From a virus: 64,000 nt of DNA. Numbering within the stretch: position 1 is the stretch's first letter; each line of letters begins with the position of its first letter. The DNA is taken from positions 1 to 64,000 of IMG/VR virus record IMGVR_UViG_3300032235_000647; one strand, written 5' to 3'. Made by a program: the position numbers and the translations under genes. Under the pieces are notes generated by a model, which worked only from the letters and a program-made list of their open reading frames with translations, did not search any database and was not told the origin of the DNA. Below, in pieces: positions 28,555 to 40,100 of this stretch.

Positions 28555-30879
28555 TTATGCTGTAAATGAAGCTCCAGTTGGCAAGATGTTGAAATCTAAC
28601 ACGATAAATTCAGCAGTTCTTGTTGGTTGTAAGAAAATCTGTCCAGCCAAGATGTTTCTATCGATTACATCAGGAGTATTGTTTGATTCATCCATTACTA
28701 CACGGAATGCAAACAAACCTTGTCTTTGCTGAATACCTTCCAAGTATGGATTTACAGTATTCAAGAATCTTGAACGAGTTTGTGCAGTGTTTTGTTCGAA
28801 TACCAAGTATCTTGAAGTAGATGCAATGTATTTCTTAACTTTAATCAACAATCTTCTTACATTGATTCTATCAAGTGCAGATGCTCTGTCTTGAAGAGTC
28901 TTCTGTCCAAATGCAACGATACCTTCTCCAGGGAATTGAGCAATTGGGTTTACTTTGTTCTCATATAGAGTATCTCTTTCAGCATGTGTTAATCTATTCA
29001 ATACACTAACTGCACCAGTGATACCACCTCTATTCAAACCAGCAGGAGCAAACCACTCTGCGGCGATAGCATCGTTGGCAGCGTAGATTCCTGGCATCAA
29101 TACTGATGGTGGAACGATAGTTAGTTTGTTTGTTCTTGAATCAATTGTTTTAACCCAAGGATAGTAAGAACCCACATAGTTAGAATCAACATTTTGTGCT
29201 TCACCTGTTACTAAATCAATTGTATCATCGTAATCACTTAATTCACCAATAAAGAACGCATCTTCTCTAGCCTCTACCATATCAACAATCTTATCAAATA
29301 CATAAGAGTGTAGTCTTCTAACAACACCAGGAGCAGCTACCAAGTTGATATCAAAATCATCAGGGTTAGATACTGAATTGATTGCTTTTACATAAGCAAC
29401 TGAACCACTTGTTGTAGGGTTAGCCAAGTTGAATCCTTGTGAGTTTCCAGCTCCCCAATCAGTATCACCAACTTTTGCCAAAGCATGTTTTACAACAGGA
29501 GATATTCCATCAAATCCACCTTGGAAACCTACCGTAAATTGTCTTTTAGCAACATCAGTAGTATTTGAACCAGTTAATAAATAATTAAATGGTACATCAT
29601 CAAATGAGAAATGTATATTTGAACCAGTACTAGCATTATTTGGAATTGGAGCCAAGAAGTAATTATTATCTACTTTTACAATTGAAGTTTCTAAATCAAT
29701 ACCTGAATATCTAAATGTAGATGATGAAGTATTATCATGTGAACCAGTTGAGAAGATAACTGCAGGTGTTATTGAATTATTTCCTCGGATTGGAGAAAGA
29801 TATGCCTCATGTCCGAATGGTCCTGCCGTAATTGGAAAAGAACCTTCTTCTGAAACTTCAACTCTAACAAGTCTAGAACGATTTGCATAATCTCCATTCA
29901 TTGTCATCTTACCATTTGCATCAATAGTGATGTTTTGGTCACCAATTATTTTTAAAATATAATTAGGTGAAGACGGGTCTAAATTAACATTATTATAAGT
30001 TTCTAAAATTGATTTTCTTCTATCAGTATCAGAATATGCTCTAATCACAATTGAGAAAGTTGCATAATCAGTAGCATTTGACTCACCAGCTGCCTTTACA
30101 TTAAAAATAGAAATTTTGTATTCATTATTAGCATATGTACCATCACCTAATGTGTGGAAACGGAACAATTGATGGGTTTCACCAGAAATTTCTTGAGAAA
30201 TAATCCAAGGAGTGGATGCGAATGTGCAATCTTGACTAGAAAAACTTTGCTCACCTAAACTTACCAATGAAACAGTTGACCCAGAATCTTCATTGAAGAT
30301 AGATTCTGCTGCGTTTTCAAAGAATTGAGAAACATACACCCCTTTAGACCCTCGTGGATTACCACCAAATACATCAGATAAATCATTTCCAGCTGTGTAT
30401 AGGATTGATGCAGATACTGAAGTATTGTATGCAGAATCAGAACCACTCAATACAATATTGAATACTGATGATGATACTTGAGCATCAATTGATGCGGTGA
30501 TAGCATCACCATTTCCAGAGGTTGTCCAGTGATGAGTTGATTTTAAAACACCAACTAATTTTTCTCCATTAGAACCTGATACTTTAATACCAACTGATCC
30601 TTGTTGAGTATATCCACCGATATGCCCAACACGAACAATAGTTACAGTTCCAGCTTCTCTTAAATAATTTTGAACCGCGTACCCAGTGTAGTAAGAACCA
30701 TCTGGTGTACCGAAAATTGATTCAAATTCTGATTGGGTGTTTACTACGGTTGGTGCGAAAGCAGGTCCTTTAGAAAAAGGTCCGATTATTGCTGCTCCGA
30801 TTTCTCCAATACCTTGTGATAAGAAAGAAAGGTCATTCTCTCTAGTAAATACACCTGGTGATACAATCTTTTCTGCCAT
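28555..30879 (-). CDS. contractile tail sheath protein (gp18-like)
   Basis: VSPGVFTREND, WFAPAGLNRG, RDTLYENKVNPI, GQKTLQ, INVRRL, PTRTAEFIVLDF. Confidence 0.95.
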   Translation of the reverse strand: MAEKIVSPGVFTRENDLSFLSQGIGEIGAAIIGPFSKGPAFAPTVVNTQSEFESIFGTPDGSYYTGYAVQNYLREAGTVTIVRVGHIGGYTQQGSVGIKVSGSNGEKLVGVLKSTHHWTTSGNGDAITASIDAQVSSSVFNIVLSGSDSAYNTSVSASILYTAGNDLSDVFGGNPRGSKGVYVSQFFENAAESIFNEDSGSTVSLVSLGEQSFSSQDCTFASTPWIISQEISGETHQLFRFHTLGDGTYANNEYKISIFNVKAAGESNATDYATFSIVIRAYSDTDRRKSILETYNNVNLDPSSPNYILKIIGDQNITIDANGKMTMNGDYANRSRLVRVEVSEEGSFPITAGPFGHEAYLSPIRGNNSITPAVIFSTGSHDNTSSSTFRYSGIDLETSIVKVDNNYFLAPIPNNASTGSNIHFSFDDVPFNYLLTGSNTTDVAKRQFTVGFQGGFDGISPVVKHALAKVGDTDWGAGNSQGFNLANPTTSGSVAYVKAINSVSNPDDFDINLVAAPGVVRRLHSYVFDKIVDMVEAREDAFFIGELSDYDDTIDLVTGEAQNVDSNYVGSYYPWVKTIDSRTNKLTIVPPSVLMPGIYAANDAIAAEWFAPAGLNRGGITGAVSVLNRLTHAERDTLYENKVNPIAQFPGEGIVAFGQKTLQDRASALDRINVRRLLIKVKKYIASTSRYLVFEQNTAQTRSRFLNTVNPYLEGIQQRQGLFAFRVVMDESNNTPDVIDRNILAGQIFLQPTRTAEFIVLDFNILPTGASFTA

Positions 30880-30957
30880 TTTATATTACTCCTTTATAAT
30901 TTCAATTATGTAATGATACGAATATAAATATTACTTACTTTTTGTAAAGAATATTTT

Positions 30958-31239
30958 TTATTGAGTAACCTCATTATTTATGGGAGTAAATACACCAGTA
31001 TTTGGATCATAATTACCATCACCATATTTTTCGTTTAAATTTTTAAATAATTCTAGTTCGGTATTAACCAACTCTTTGTGTTTTTCTAATAATTCTGATT
31101 CAATTTCATCCAATTCATCATTTCTTCTTTTTCTCTCAACCGAAAGTTGTCCTAATTGAATAAAAACTAATTCCACATCAGTTTTTAATTGATTAATTGA
31201 ATTGACTTCTTCTTGTGTAAACTTGATTTGTTCCATCAT
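30958..31239 (-). CDS. small coiled-coil protein
   Basis: Heptad pattern; C-terminal KYGDGNYDPNTGVF. Confidence 0.7.
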   Translation of the reverse strand: MMEQIKFTQEEVNSINQLKTDVELVFIQLGQLSVERKRRNDELDEIESELLEKHKELVNTELELFKNLNEKYGDGNYDPNTGVFTPINNEVTQ

Positions 31240-31302
31240 TTTGATATATTTAGTTATTGTTTTTTATATATAAATATATAGTTTTTCATCAAACATTAAA
31301 AA

Positions 31303-32562
31303 TTATCTTGTAAATATTATTGTTGCCCATGCTCCTTTTAATCCCTGATCAATTGCTCTAACTCTGATATACCAATTTCCTGCAGATAATAATGTATTTA
31401 CTTCAATACTTGTAGAACTCCATTCAGAATAATCATAAGTTAGTGAACCAAAATCAGAATTGTTATCTATTTGAACATCGTATGCAGTAATACCAGTTGT
31501 TCCAACTGATGATGGTGCTGTCCATGATACGAACGGTGAAGAATATGCTAATGAAGTTGGAGCTCCAGGTGCAGCTAAGTCAGTATGAGAATTACCACCT
31601 TTATTGTGAGTGATATATCCATTAACCATGTAAGTATCATCTTCTTCAACATCAATAGAAACAATTTCAGTAGTTTTTTCTACAATTTCAATTGAAGTAA
31701 TATCAACTTCTGAATTATCACCTTTAATTAATTTATCACCAACTACCAAATTGAACATTTCTTTGAAAAGATAATCACCAGTTACCGAATCTTTCACCAA
31801 CATCGGGTGTTCGGACGTAGCAGTAACCTCTCCATTATTAACATCATAATAACGAGACGCGAATGAATAAGTTAAATTAACAATTGTTACATCTTTTGGT
31901 GTAGTAGAAAGTGATTCAGTTGACCAATCTAAGAATGTTTCATCGGACTCCATACTTAATCCACCAATAGAGAACCCTTTAAGTGAGTCTCCTTCATTCA
32001 AATCACCAGCCTCTACGATTGTACCATCAGCTAATGTAACAGGTGAATCAATAGTTAAACATAGTGCAGTAGAGTTTCCATCATAGGAATCTACCGAATA
32101 AACGGTCTTGGTTCTTGCAACATTATAGTTAACAGCATGTTGATTATATCCATCAGCAAAAGTTGCAGAAACTGTATGTAAAAGTACTGGTTGTAAAACG
32201 GTTTGAGTTGGTGCATTTGTCATATTACCAACTGCAATACTAGCACTAACACCATTGTTTGTAGAAACTGATAATCTATCGCCACCTGTAATTCCCCAAG
32301 TTACATTTCCACCTCTACTACTAATTTGTGAAAAATTAGTACCTCCTCCAGCTGTTCCTAATGTATATACTTCGGAAGTGTTTTCAACTGCGTATGTAAA
32401 CCCATTAACACTACCTATTGAATCTACTGCATATGAAGATAGAGCAGTTGAAACTGCAGAACCACGAATAGTACCAAGTGAAACATTGGAATTTTGTGTA
32501 TTTCCAGTTGCACCTGCAAGTGCATTAAGTGATAAAGTATCTCCGGATGTTAATGTTGGCAT
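31303..32562 (-). CDS. virion protein with Hint (intein-like) domain and C-terminal FN3-like domain
   Basis: C168 (CLTIDSPVTLADG), block B TSEHP, terminal YITHN320 then K; WTAP...YDVQ...WYIRVRA FN3. Confidence 0.85.
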   Translation of the reverse strand: MPTLTSGDTLSLNALAGATGNTQNSNVSLGTIRGSAVSTALSSYAVDSIGSVNGFTYAVENTSEVYTLGTAGGGTNFSQISSRGGNVTWGITGGDRLSVSTNNGVSASIAVGNMTNAPTQTVLQPVLLHTVSATFADGYNQHAVNYNVARTKTVYSVDSYDGNSTALCLTIDSPVTLADGTIVEAGDLNEGDSLKGFSIGGLSMESDETFLDWSTESLSTTPKDVTIVNLTYSFASRYYDVNNGEVTATSEHPMLVKDSVTGDYLFKEMFNLVVGDKLIKGDNSEVDITSIEIVEKTTEIVSIDVEEDDTYMVNGYITHNKGGNSHTDLAAPGAPTSLAYSSPFVSWTAPSSVGTTGITAYDVQIDNNSDFGSLTYDYSEWSSTSIEVNTLLSAGNWYIRVRAIDQGLKGAWATIIFTR

Positions 32563-32571
32563 ATCTGTTCC

Positions 32572-33570
32572 TTATGTATTATAAATATGAAGTAATTGGT
32601 CTACCCACTTTTCTTTATTTGAAAAATTATCAATCATATATGATTTAATAATATTAAACCATTTATTTTTTATTTCGTGTGGAGTTACCAATAACTTATT
32701 ATAAATATCATGAAACTCGGTTTTAGTTGAAACACGATATGGATACTCTAAATCTTTACACCAATTTTTATGTATTATTGGTAATTTACCTCTATCTACT
32801 GCTTCAAATATAGAATATCCAAATGGTTCGGATGTAAACGCAGAATGAGAGATACCCCAATCCATATTATAGAATATATCCTTAAATGATGAATCGTAAT
32901 GATATATTTTTGATTTAGATGTATCAACTTTTGCCCCATTTTTCCAAATGGAGTTAAATTCGTGTGAATTAGTAAAAATATACGATTTTAACCCATCTAA
33001 ATAGTGTGGGTTCTTTCTACCTTCACATCTTGCGGCAAATCCTAAGTTATTTGACTCTGAAAGTGGTAAATTCCATTTAAATTCGTAAAAATTACGAATA
33101 TTCGTGTTTGGAATCAATATATCGTATAATCCTACCCAAACTGAGTGAGTTGTCCATTCATTTACTTCCTTTTCCCAACTTGAATCTAAATATGGATGCC
33201 ATCCAAGTGATGCATCAGTACCAACTTGTGATTTTATGATGTGGTCTACTGAATTGTGGAGAATATTCGAGTGAATTTTGTGTTTATTCTCTTGGATTAC
33301 CCCCATTGGGGTATAATGTCCATGTAAAATGTTAATTCTTCTCGCATTTCTACACAATTCTTCTACTTTTTGTATATCGTCTCCATGCCAGTACGCTTCT
33401 ATTGGAAATTTGTAGTCTTCGTGTCCTTTTGGCCGATTTCGGTGTAAAATAAGTATAGGTTTTACGTCTAAATATGGAGCAACCAACTCCATCCATAGAT
33501 TTACCCAAGTATCAGTACCTGCATTTACCCAAGGACCTCCACCAGTAGTGTAATAAACATCGTAAACCAT
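32572..33570 (-). CDS. glycosyltransferase (GT-B / GT4-like)
   Basis: N-terminal GGG..AGTDTW, RKNP, EPFGYSIFEAVDRGKLPI. Confidence 0.8.
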   Translation of the reverse strand: MVYDVYYTTGGGPWVNAGTDTWVNLWMELVAPYLDVKPILILHRNRPKGHEDYKFPIEAYWHGDDIQKVEELCRNARRINILHGHYTPMGVIQENKHKIHSNILHNSVDHIIKSQVGTDASLGWHPYLDSSWEKEVNEWTTHSVWVGLYDILIPNTNIRNFYEFKWNLPLSESNNLGFAARCEGRKNPHYLDGLKSYIFTNSHEFNSIWKNGAKVDTSKSKIYHYDSSFKDIFYNMDWGISHSAFTSEPFGYSIFEAVDRGKLPIIHKNWCKDLEYPYRVSTKTEFHDIYNKLLVTPHEIKNKWFNIIKSYMIDNFSNKEKWVDQLLHIYNT

Positions 33571-33577
33571 TTATTTT

Positions 33578-34336
33578 TTATTTTTTAACTATAATTCTAC
33601 CCGAAAAGGTACCTGAAAAAGTTATATCAAGAGCATTTACCGAAGTTGATTCTATAATTGAAGGTAATTCTTGTCTTTTTGATGAAGTATTCCATGCTTG
33701 AACTATTGGATATTCTTCATTTAAATTATGAGTAATCGTGTATGTTGAATTACCACTAACATTTACAGCATAAGTAGTCAAATCAGTAATTTGAGATGAC
33801 CCAGAAATTAATCCTGATGGTTTATTTGCAATACTTGTCCATTCGGTCGAGCCACTAACTATATGTCCACCTTTTGCAACTACAACATATCCACTATGAT
33901 TTGCAGATAATCCAATTGTTGCAGTATTATTATTCGTAAGTGTAACCGAAGATGGTATAATCTGAGTATCATTATTTTCGTATACAGAAATTAATAGATT
34001 TTTGCTATTAAAATTATGTGTTACTGAAATTGTAGATTGATTATCAAACGATGCGGTTAATGTAGCAACTTGTGAAACATCAGCAGGTGGTAAATTTGTT
34101 AATTGTGAACCATTACCAATAAAATATGATGCAGTAACATTGCCATTTACATTTATGGAACCAGTAGTTTGTGAGTTGGTGGTAACAATTTGTTGAATAG
34201 ATGATACACCATTATCTCTTTCAAAAAATATTCGGCCATCAAAAGTATTAATTGCTAACTCACCTAATTCTAAATTAGAATTAGATGGGACTTTACCTTC
34301 AACCGCTGTTCTTTTTAACTTTACTACTTGTGCCAT
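33578..34336 (-). CDS. tail fibre-associated protein
   Basis: MAQVVKLKRT..GELAINT.DG N-terminus; two THNL/THNF beta modules. Confidence 0.75.
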   Translation of the reverse strand: MAQVVKLKRTAVEGKVPSNSNLELGELAINTFDGRIFFERDNGVSSIQQIVTTNSQTTGSINVNGNVTASYFIGNGSQLTNLPPADVSQVATLTASFDNQSTISVTHNFNSKNLLISVYENNDTQIIPSSVTLTNNNTATIGLSANHSGYVVVAKGGHIVSGSTEWTSIANKPSGLISGSSQITDLTTYAVNVSGNSTYTITHNLNEEYPIVQAWNTSSKRQELPSIIESTSVNALDITFSGTFSGRIIVKK

Positions 34337-34424
34337 ATTTATGTGTTACCGATTTCATTATATAATTACTTCGGTTAAAATATCCTTATATAAGGAAGTT
34401 TTTTTTACCTTTATTTATCTATAT

Positions 34425-36416
34425 TTAAACTAATTTTGACTTTAATTCATCAATTTGTTTTTGTTGTTCTTTAATTGCCTCGATTAATAAACCAGTCAAT
34501 TTAGCATAATCAACACCTTTGAATCCATTATCTCTATTATGAACTAATTGAGGAAGAACTTCTTCAACTTCTTGAGCAATAACCCCTACATTTGGTAAAG
34601 ATTGTTGTAATTCATCGGCATTGGAGTTCCAATCCCAAGTTACACCATTCAATTTCTGAACTTTTTGGATTGGGTTTTCAATGTTTTTGATATTATCTTT
34701 TAATCTCTTATCAGAAGAAGCGTATGCAACAACATCACCTCCCACATTCAAGGCTCCACTTACACCGACACCACCCGTTACTATAAGAGCACCAGTGGTT
34801 ATTGTAGTTGAGGCAGTTGAATTAGTGATATTAACTGCAGAGGAGAATGTTTTAGCCCCAGTAAATGTTTGAGTATCACTTAGGTGGGCGGTATCTGCAT
34901 CTAAATAAGCAGAAGCGATAACTGAACCTTGCCAAGTACCTGTCCCGATTGTTCCTAATGTAGTGATTGATGTCTGTCCAACATAAGTTGATGCAATATC
35001 AACTGCATCTGCAGATACTGAAATTCTATTAGTAGTACCAACTACATTAAAAGTTCTTGAATCGGCAATCGTACCACCACCAGTTAAACCATCACCGGCA
35101 GTTAAAGTTATTGATGTGTGGTCAATGTGTCTATTTGCTGAATATCCTGTTGTTGAATCGTGAGATATTTGTGAAGACCCAGATACTAAGGTAGTGCCCG
35201 ATGCTAAAATTGTACCAGTAATTACGGTATTAGAACCGAGTGTGATTAAAGTACCGGTATCGGTAATATTTGAATCATTTAAATGTTCTTTTCCTGACCC
35301 TTTTGGTAATCTATTGTTTGTAAGATATGTTTCGTTTCCTAAATTATCATATGTTTCAGGACCCATTAGTAATACAGATGATGTTGTATTTACTCCGTTT
35401 CCTCGATGGATAAATAATAATTCATCTTGTAAAGAATCGTATAAGAATGAACCTGACCCACCCGATGAACCACTATCTACAATTGATAATCCTGCAAATC
35501 TAGATGATGGTGAAAATGTGTTTAAAGTCACAAATGAAGAACCAATAACTAAATTTGAAGATGATATATTTTGAATAGATGAAGAACCTTGTACTACTAA
35601 ATCTTGTGAAACAAATAATGAACCTGTAATGGTTTGGCTACCATTAAATATATTTGAGGAATTCGTTCTTGCGAATGAACCACTCAATGAACCCAATGTA
35701 GACCATTTAGTATCGTTTGAGGCAGTGTATAATTCTAAATTAGCAGTTTCAACTTCTAATAAGTTCAAACGTGTAATTGCACTTCCACTTGCAGTTGATA
35801 ATTGGTCTAATCTACTATTTTGAGTAGTATTAGTTGTATCATTTGAACCAGTGTATGTATTAAGTGATGTTAATATATCTACAACTTGAGATGAACCACT
35901 AACTACTGTCTCAACATTTAATCTAGTCTTAATAGTTGTATTAATAGACGATGTAAATGTCTCTAAGTTAGCAGTTTCAACTTCTAAAAGATTTAATCTT
36001 GTAATAGCACTACCACTTGCAGTTTCTAAACTTGTTAATCTGCTATTTTGTGTTGTATTGGTTGTATCGTTTGAAGCAGTATATGTAGATAATTGATTTA
36101 ATCTTGTAATAGCACTTCCACTTGCAGTTGATAATTGGTCTAATCTACTATTTTGAGTAGTGTTAGTTGTATTATTTGAACCAGTGTATGTATTTAATGA
36201 ACTTAGAATACCAACAACTTGAGATGAACCCGAAACAATTCCAGTTCCACCAAATGTTAATCCACTACCATTACCGGTAAATGTACCACCACTAAATGAT
36301 GAACCTTGATATGATCCACTAAACGAACCACTATATATACCACCTGGTGGTAAAGTGAATGTTGCACCTGGAGCAAAAACTAATGAACCTGAAATTATTG
36401 GACTATGTATAATCAT
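34425..36416 (-). CDS. tail fibre with C-terminal peptidase S74 intramolecular chaperone
   Basis: YASSDKRLKDNI...GVIAQEVEEVLP...VDYAKL..LLIEAIKE. Confidence 0.85.
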   Translation of the reverse strand: MIIHSPIISGSLVFAPGATFTLPPGGIYSGSFSGSYQGSSFSGGTFTGNGSGLTFGGTGIVSGSSQVVGILSSLNTYTGSNNTTNTTQNSRLDQLSTASGSAITRLNQLSTYTASNDTTNTTQNSRLTSLETASGSAITRLNLLEVETANLETFTSSINTTIKTRLNVETVVSGSSQVVDILTSLNTYTGSNDTTNTTQNSRLDQLSTASGSAITRLNLLEVETANLELYTASNDTKWSTLGSLSGSFARTNSSNIFNGSQTITGSLFVSQDLVVQGSSSIQNISSSNLVIGSSFVTLNTFSPSSRFAGLSIVDSGSSGGSGSFLYDSLQDELLFIHRGNGVNTTSSVLLMGPETYDNLGNETYLTNNRLPKGSGKEHLNDSNITDTGTLITLGSNTVITGTILASGTTLVSGSSQISHDSTTGYSANRHIDHTSITLTAGDGLTGGGTIADSRTFNVVGTTNRISVSADAVDIASTYVGQTSITTLGTIGTGTWQGSVIASAYLDADTAHLSDTQTFTGAKTFSSAVNITNSTASTTITTGALIVTGGVGVSGALNVGGDVVAYASSDKRLKDNIKNIENPIQKVQKLNGVTWDWNSNADELQQSLPNVGVIAQEVEEVLPQLVHNRDNGFKGVDYAKLTGLLIEAIKEQQKQIDELKSKLV

Positions 36417-36459
36417 CTCTTTTTTTATCCCTTATTTATACTATATAAATATATCTTTT

Positions 36460-37104
36460 TTAAATTGAACCACCATCTATTGTTGAAATTATCGTGGCTG
36501 CAGCAGTACCTGTTACATCACCATTTAAAGTTATTTGGGCTGAACCACTAAATACTCCAAATGAATTTACTTCATTGAGTATTGCACCACCTAATCCATC
36601 TATGTTTTGTGCAGATACTGACCCACTAACTATATGACCACCCTTTGCTACTACTACATATCCACTTTGTTGCGAAGAAAATGTTACAGTAATTGTATTT
36701 GAATCAGTAACTCTTAAAGTTTCGGGTATTGTTTGGTAATCATTTGAATCATAAACTTGAGCAATAGGATTAATTGTGTTTAGATTATGATCAACTACCC
36801 ACGTGGATTGATTTGTAAAAATTCGTTTAATTGTTGCAGATTGGTCAACGGTAATACCAGTTAATTGAGAACCATCACCTACAAAGTTAGATGCAGTTAT
36901 TGACCCAGATAAATTAACATTCCCTACAACAGCAGTATGAGTATTTGTTGTTACAAATTCAACAACCTCATCAACACTACCGCTTTTTCGTATGAATGCC
37001 TTACCATCATAAACATTTATTGCCATTTCACCAGTTTGTAATGAACCAGTTGTAGGTTTAGTACCTGTACTCGTTGACCTTTTTAATCTGATGATTTGAG
37101 CCAT
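36460..37104 (-). CDS. tail fibre-associated protein (paralog of 33578..34336)
   Basis: MAQIIRLKRS..GEMAINV.DG; SGYVVVAKGGHIVSGS is identical to the paralog. Confidence 0.75.
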   Translation of the reverse strand: MAQIIRLKRSTSTGTKPTTGSLQTGEMAINVYDGKAFIRKSGSVDEVVEFVTTNTHTAVVGNVNLSGSITASNFVGDGSQLTGITVDQSATIKRIFTNQSTWVVDHNLNTINPIAQVYDSNDYQTIPETLRVTDSNTITVTFSSQQSGYVVVAKGGHIVSGSVSAQNIDGLGGAILNEVNSFGVFSGSAQITLNGDVTGTAAATIISTIDGGSI

Positions 37105-37111
37105 GTTTATA

Positions 37112-40100
37112 TTATCCTCTATTTATTTTTTCATTCAATTCTTCTACTTTGGTTGATAATTCTTTAATGCCTTCGATTAAAATTGATACTAATTTATCAT
37201 ATTTAACTGCCTTGTACCCATTATCACGATTTTCTACTAATTCTGGTAAAATTTGTTCAATTTCTTGTGCAATTACACCATAATCTTTACCTCTATATGT
37301 ATCTTGAACTTCTTCATTCCATACGAAACTATAACCACCAATTTGATTAATTTTTTGTAAAGAATTTTGTATAGGTTGAATATCATTCTTTAATCTTCTA
37401 TCGGATGATGCATAAGCTACAACATCACCACCTGCAAATATATCTCCACTTGTTCCAATACCACCACTTACTATAAGTGCTCCAGAGGTTTTATTAGTTG
37501 AGGCCGTAATATTAGTTATTGAAATAGAATCAGATGTAGTATTTCCAGCAGTTGTAACTTCTTGTAAAGTTTTCGTAATTTGACCTGACCCTGAAACTAA
37601 ATTATTAGCAGATACATTACCATTTACAACCAAATTACCATTTACTTGTGAATTTGAATTCAAAGTAATTAGAGTTCCACTATCAGAAATATTCGAATCA
37701 TTTAAGTGATGATTATCAACTGCCTTTGGTATTCTATTGGATGTTAAGTAGGTTGGTGTTCCTTTTGTTGTATATTCAGGTCCAAATATAGTTACTGCGT
37801 AATCAATTCCTGCAGAAGAGGAGTATTCATATCCCCAATCATTAGTTTCACCATCATAATAGAATGATGCAGTTGAAAGATTAGACCCTGAATCATAAAC
37901 TGATAAACCTGCATATCTTGAAGTTGGTGTATCGGTATTCAATACTATAAAAGAGTCACCAATAATTTTTGCAGTACCACTAACTGAAGTTATATAGGCA
38001 AATGAACCAGTACCATTAACAACAATATCATTAAATGTTTTTGTACCATTAATTGTTTGGTCACCATCAAGGGTTACATATCTATTATCGTATGATGATG
38101 TTAGTTGAGATGAACCAGAAACTAATGTATGAGTTCCACTTGCCTTTTCCTCATATATGTTTTGTAAAGATGATGAATTTGATTCTAACAAATCTAATCT
38201 ATTATCTACTGATTGAGAAAAATCGGTAAAGTTTGTAACAGAAGATGATAATAGTCCACTTCCACCTAAAACTTGAGAAGACCCACTCAATACACCCTCT
38301 ACATTCAATTTAGTTTTAATTGTAGTATCAATAGACGAGGTAAATCCTTCTAAATTATCTAATCTACCATCTTGTGAACCAGTATCAGATTCTAAACTAT
38401 CTAATCGTGTATCAAATGATGCAGAATCTGATAAATAAGAACCAGTGTCAAGTTTAGTTGCAATTGAATCAATCAATGACCCAGTTGCAGAGGCTAATTC
38501 AGCCTGTGTCACAAAACCACCTTCTAATGAAGATGAGAATAGTTCTAGACTATCTAAACGAGAATCTACGGATGAACTAAATGATGATATAGATGATATT
38601 ACACCATTAGTAAAGTGTAAAGATGAAGTATCCAATGTAATAGTTACATCTCCTGTTAGTCCACCACCACTTATACCATCACCTGCATTTACGGAGTTTA
38701 TATCAGCTACATTAATGACATTATCCAACACATGAACAACAAATCGTTTAACTGCTCCTGCTGATAAAATTACATTATCATTAAGACTTGATGTACTTAA
38801 ATTAACATCTAATGATGTTGTCACGTTATACCATGCAGCCGAACCTAATGAACCAGATACTTGATATATACCAACTAATTCAGCAACTGAACCACTAACT
38901 TCGTATCTACCATCTAATGATTGGGTTACTTGGGATGAACCAGAAATGATTCCTCCAATTACATTACCAGTGATAACACCACTTGTTATTGTGAAATCAA
39001 TTGTAGATGAATCAGATGAAGAAGATACTACACCTTCAGCATTTAATTTATTTTTGATTGTACTATCAATAGAAGAAGTAAAACTTTCTAAATTATTTAC
39101 TCTGTTATCATTAGATTGTGTATATGAGTTATAAAACCCATTAATTGTTTGTTGGGAGGAAGTAAATTGTTCTAGACTTGAAATTCTACCACCTTGTGAA
39201 CCTGAATCAGATTCTAATTGAGAAATTCTATTATCATGTGATTCAGATGTTAGTTCTAAATTGAGTATACGAGAACTTTGTATATCATCAGTTGTTTTTA
39301 ATGAACCAGAAAAAGTTGAAAATCCAGTTGTATCAGTTATTGTAATTTGGGATGAACCAGACACAACATCATCACCTAAAATTTCCAAATATCTAAAATC
39401 TAATGATGAAGTTATTTGTGCAGAACCAGAAAGTATATTATCACCACCTTTCAGTAATACAACAGATTCAGACCCACTTGACCCAGCAATCCATCTATCA
39501 ATAGTAGAATCCCATAACATTGATCCAGATGTCAAATTACCAGTTGCATCTTTTACATAGATACCACCTTGTGTTATTGCACCACCGTAATTTAATTCTA
39601 AAATATTTTCACCAATATTAACTTGGGTTGAATCTATTTGTGTTGTTGTTCCTTGAACTGATAAATCACCTAATACAATTAAATTAGAACCATTTACTGA
39701 AATAGCAGTTTTTAATGATGATGTGTATTGATTCAATTGTGATATTGATATATCAACGGATGCAGATTTTTCTTCCAAATTATCTAATCTACCATCTTGT
39801 GATGGCAATGTACCAACAAATGAACCACTAAATACTGATGCAGTTACACTACCCGATACATTTACATTTCCACTAAAATAAGTGGTACTTGAACTTACTA
39901 TTAATTGATTTGTATCAGCAGATATTAAATGATTAGTTCCTCTTAATTCTAAATTATCGGCTAGTATATTACCATTTACATTTATACTACCAGTTTGAAT
40001 AGTTGAACCACTCACACGAGTAGAACCTGATAATATTGTTAAACCTATATTTGTAAATGTGGATGAACCACTTACTGTTAAAGACCCACTTAAAAATATA

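Noticed and set aside
31603-32061. Classical mobile intein
   Set aside because: No homing endonuclease, the +1 residue is Lys, and the host protein is not a conserved enzyme.
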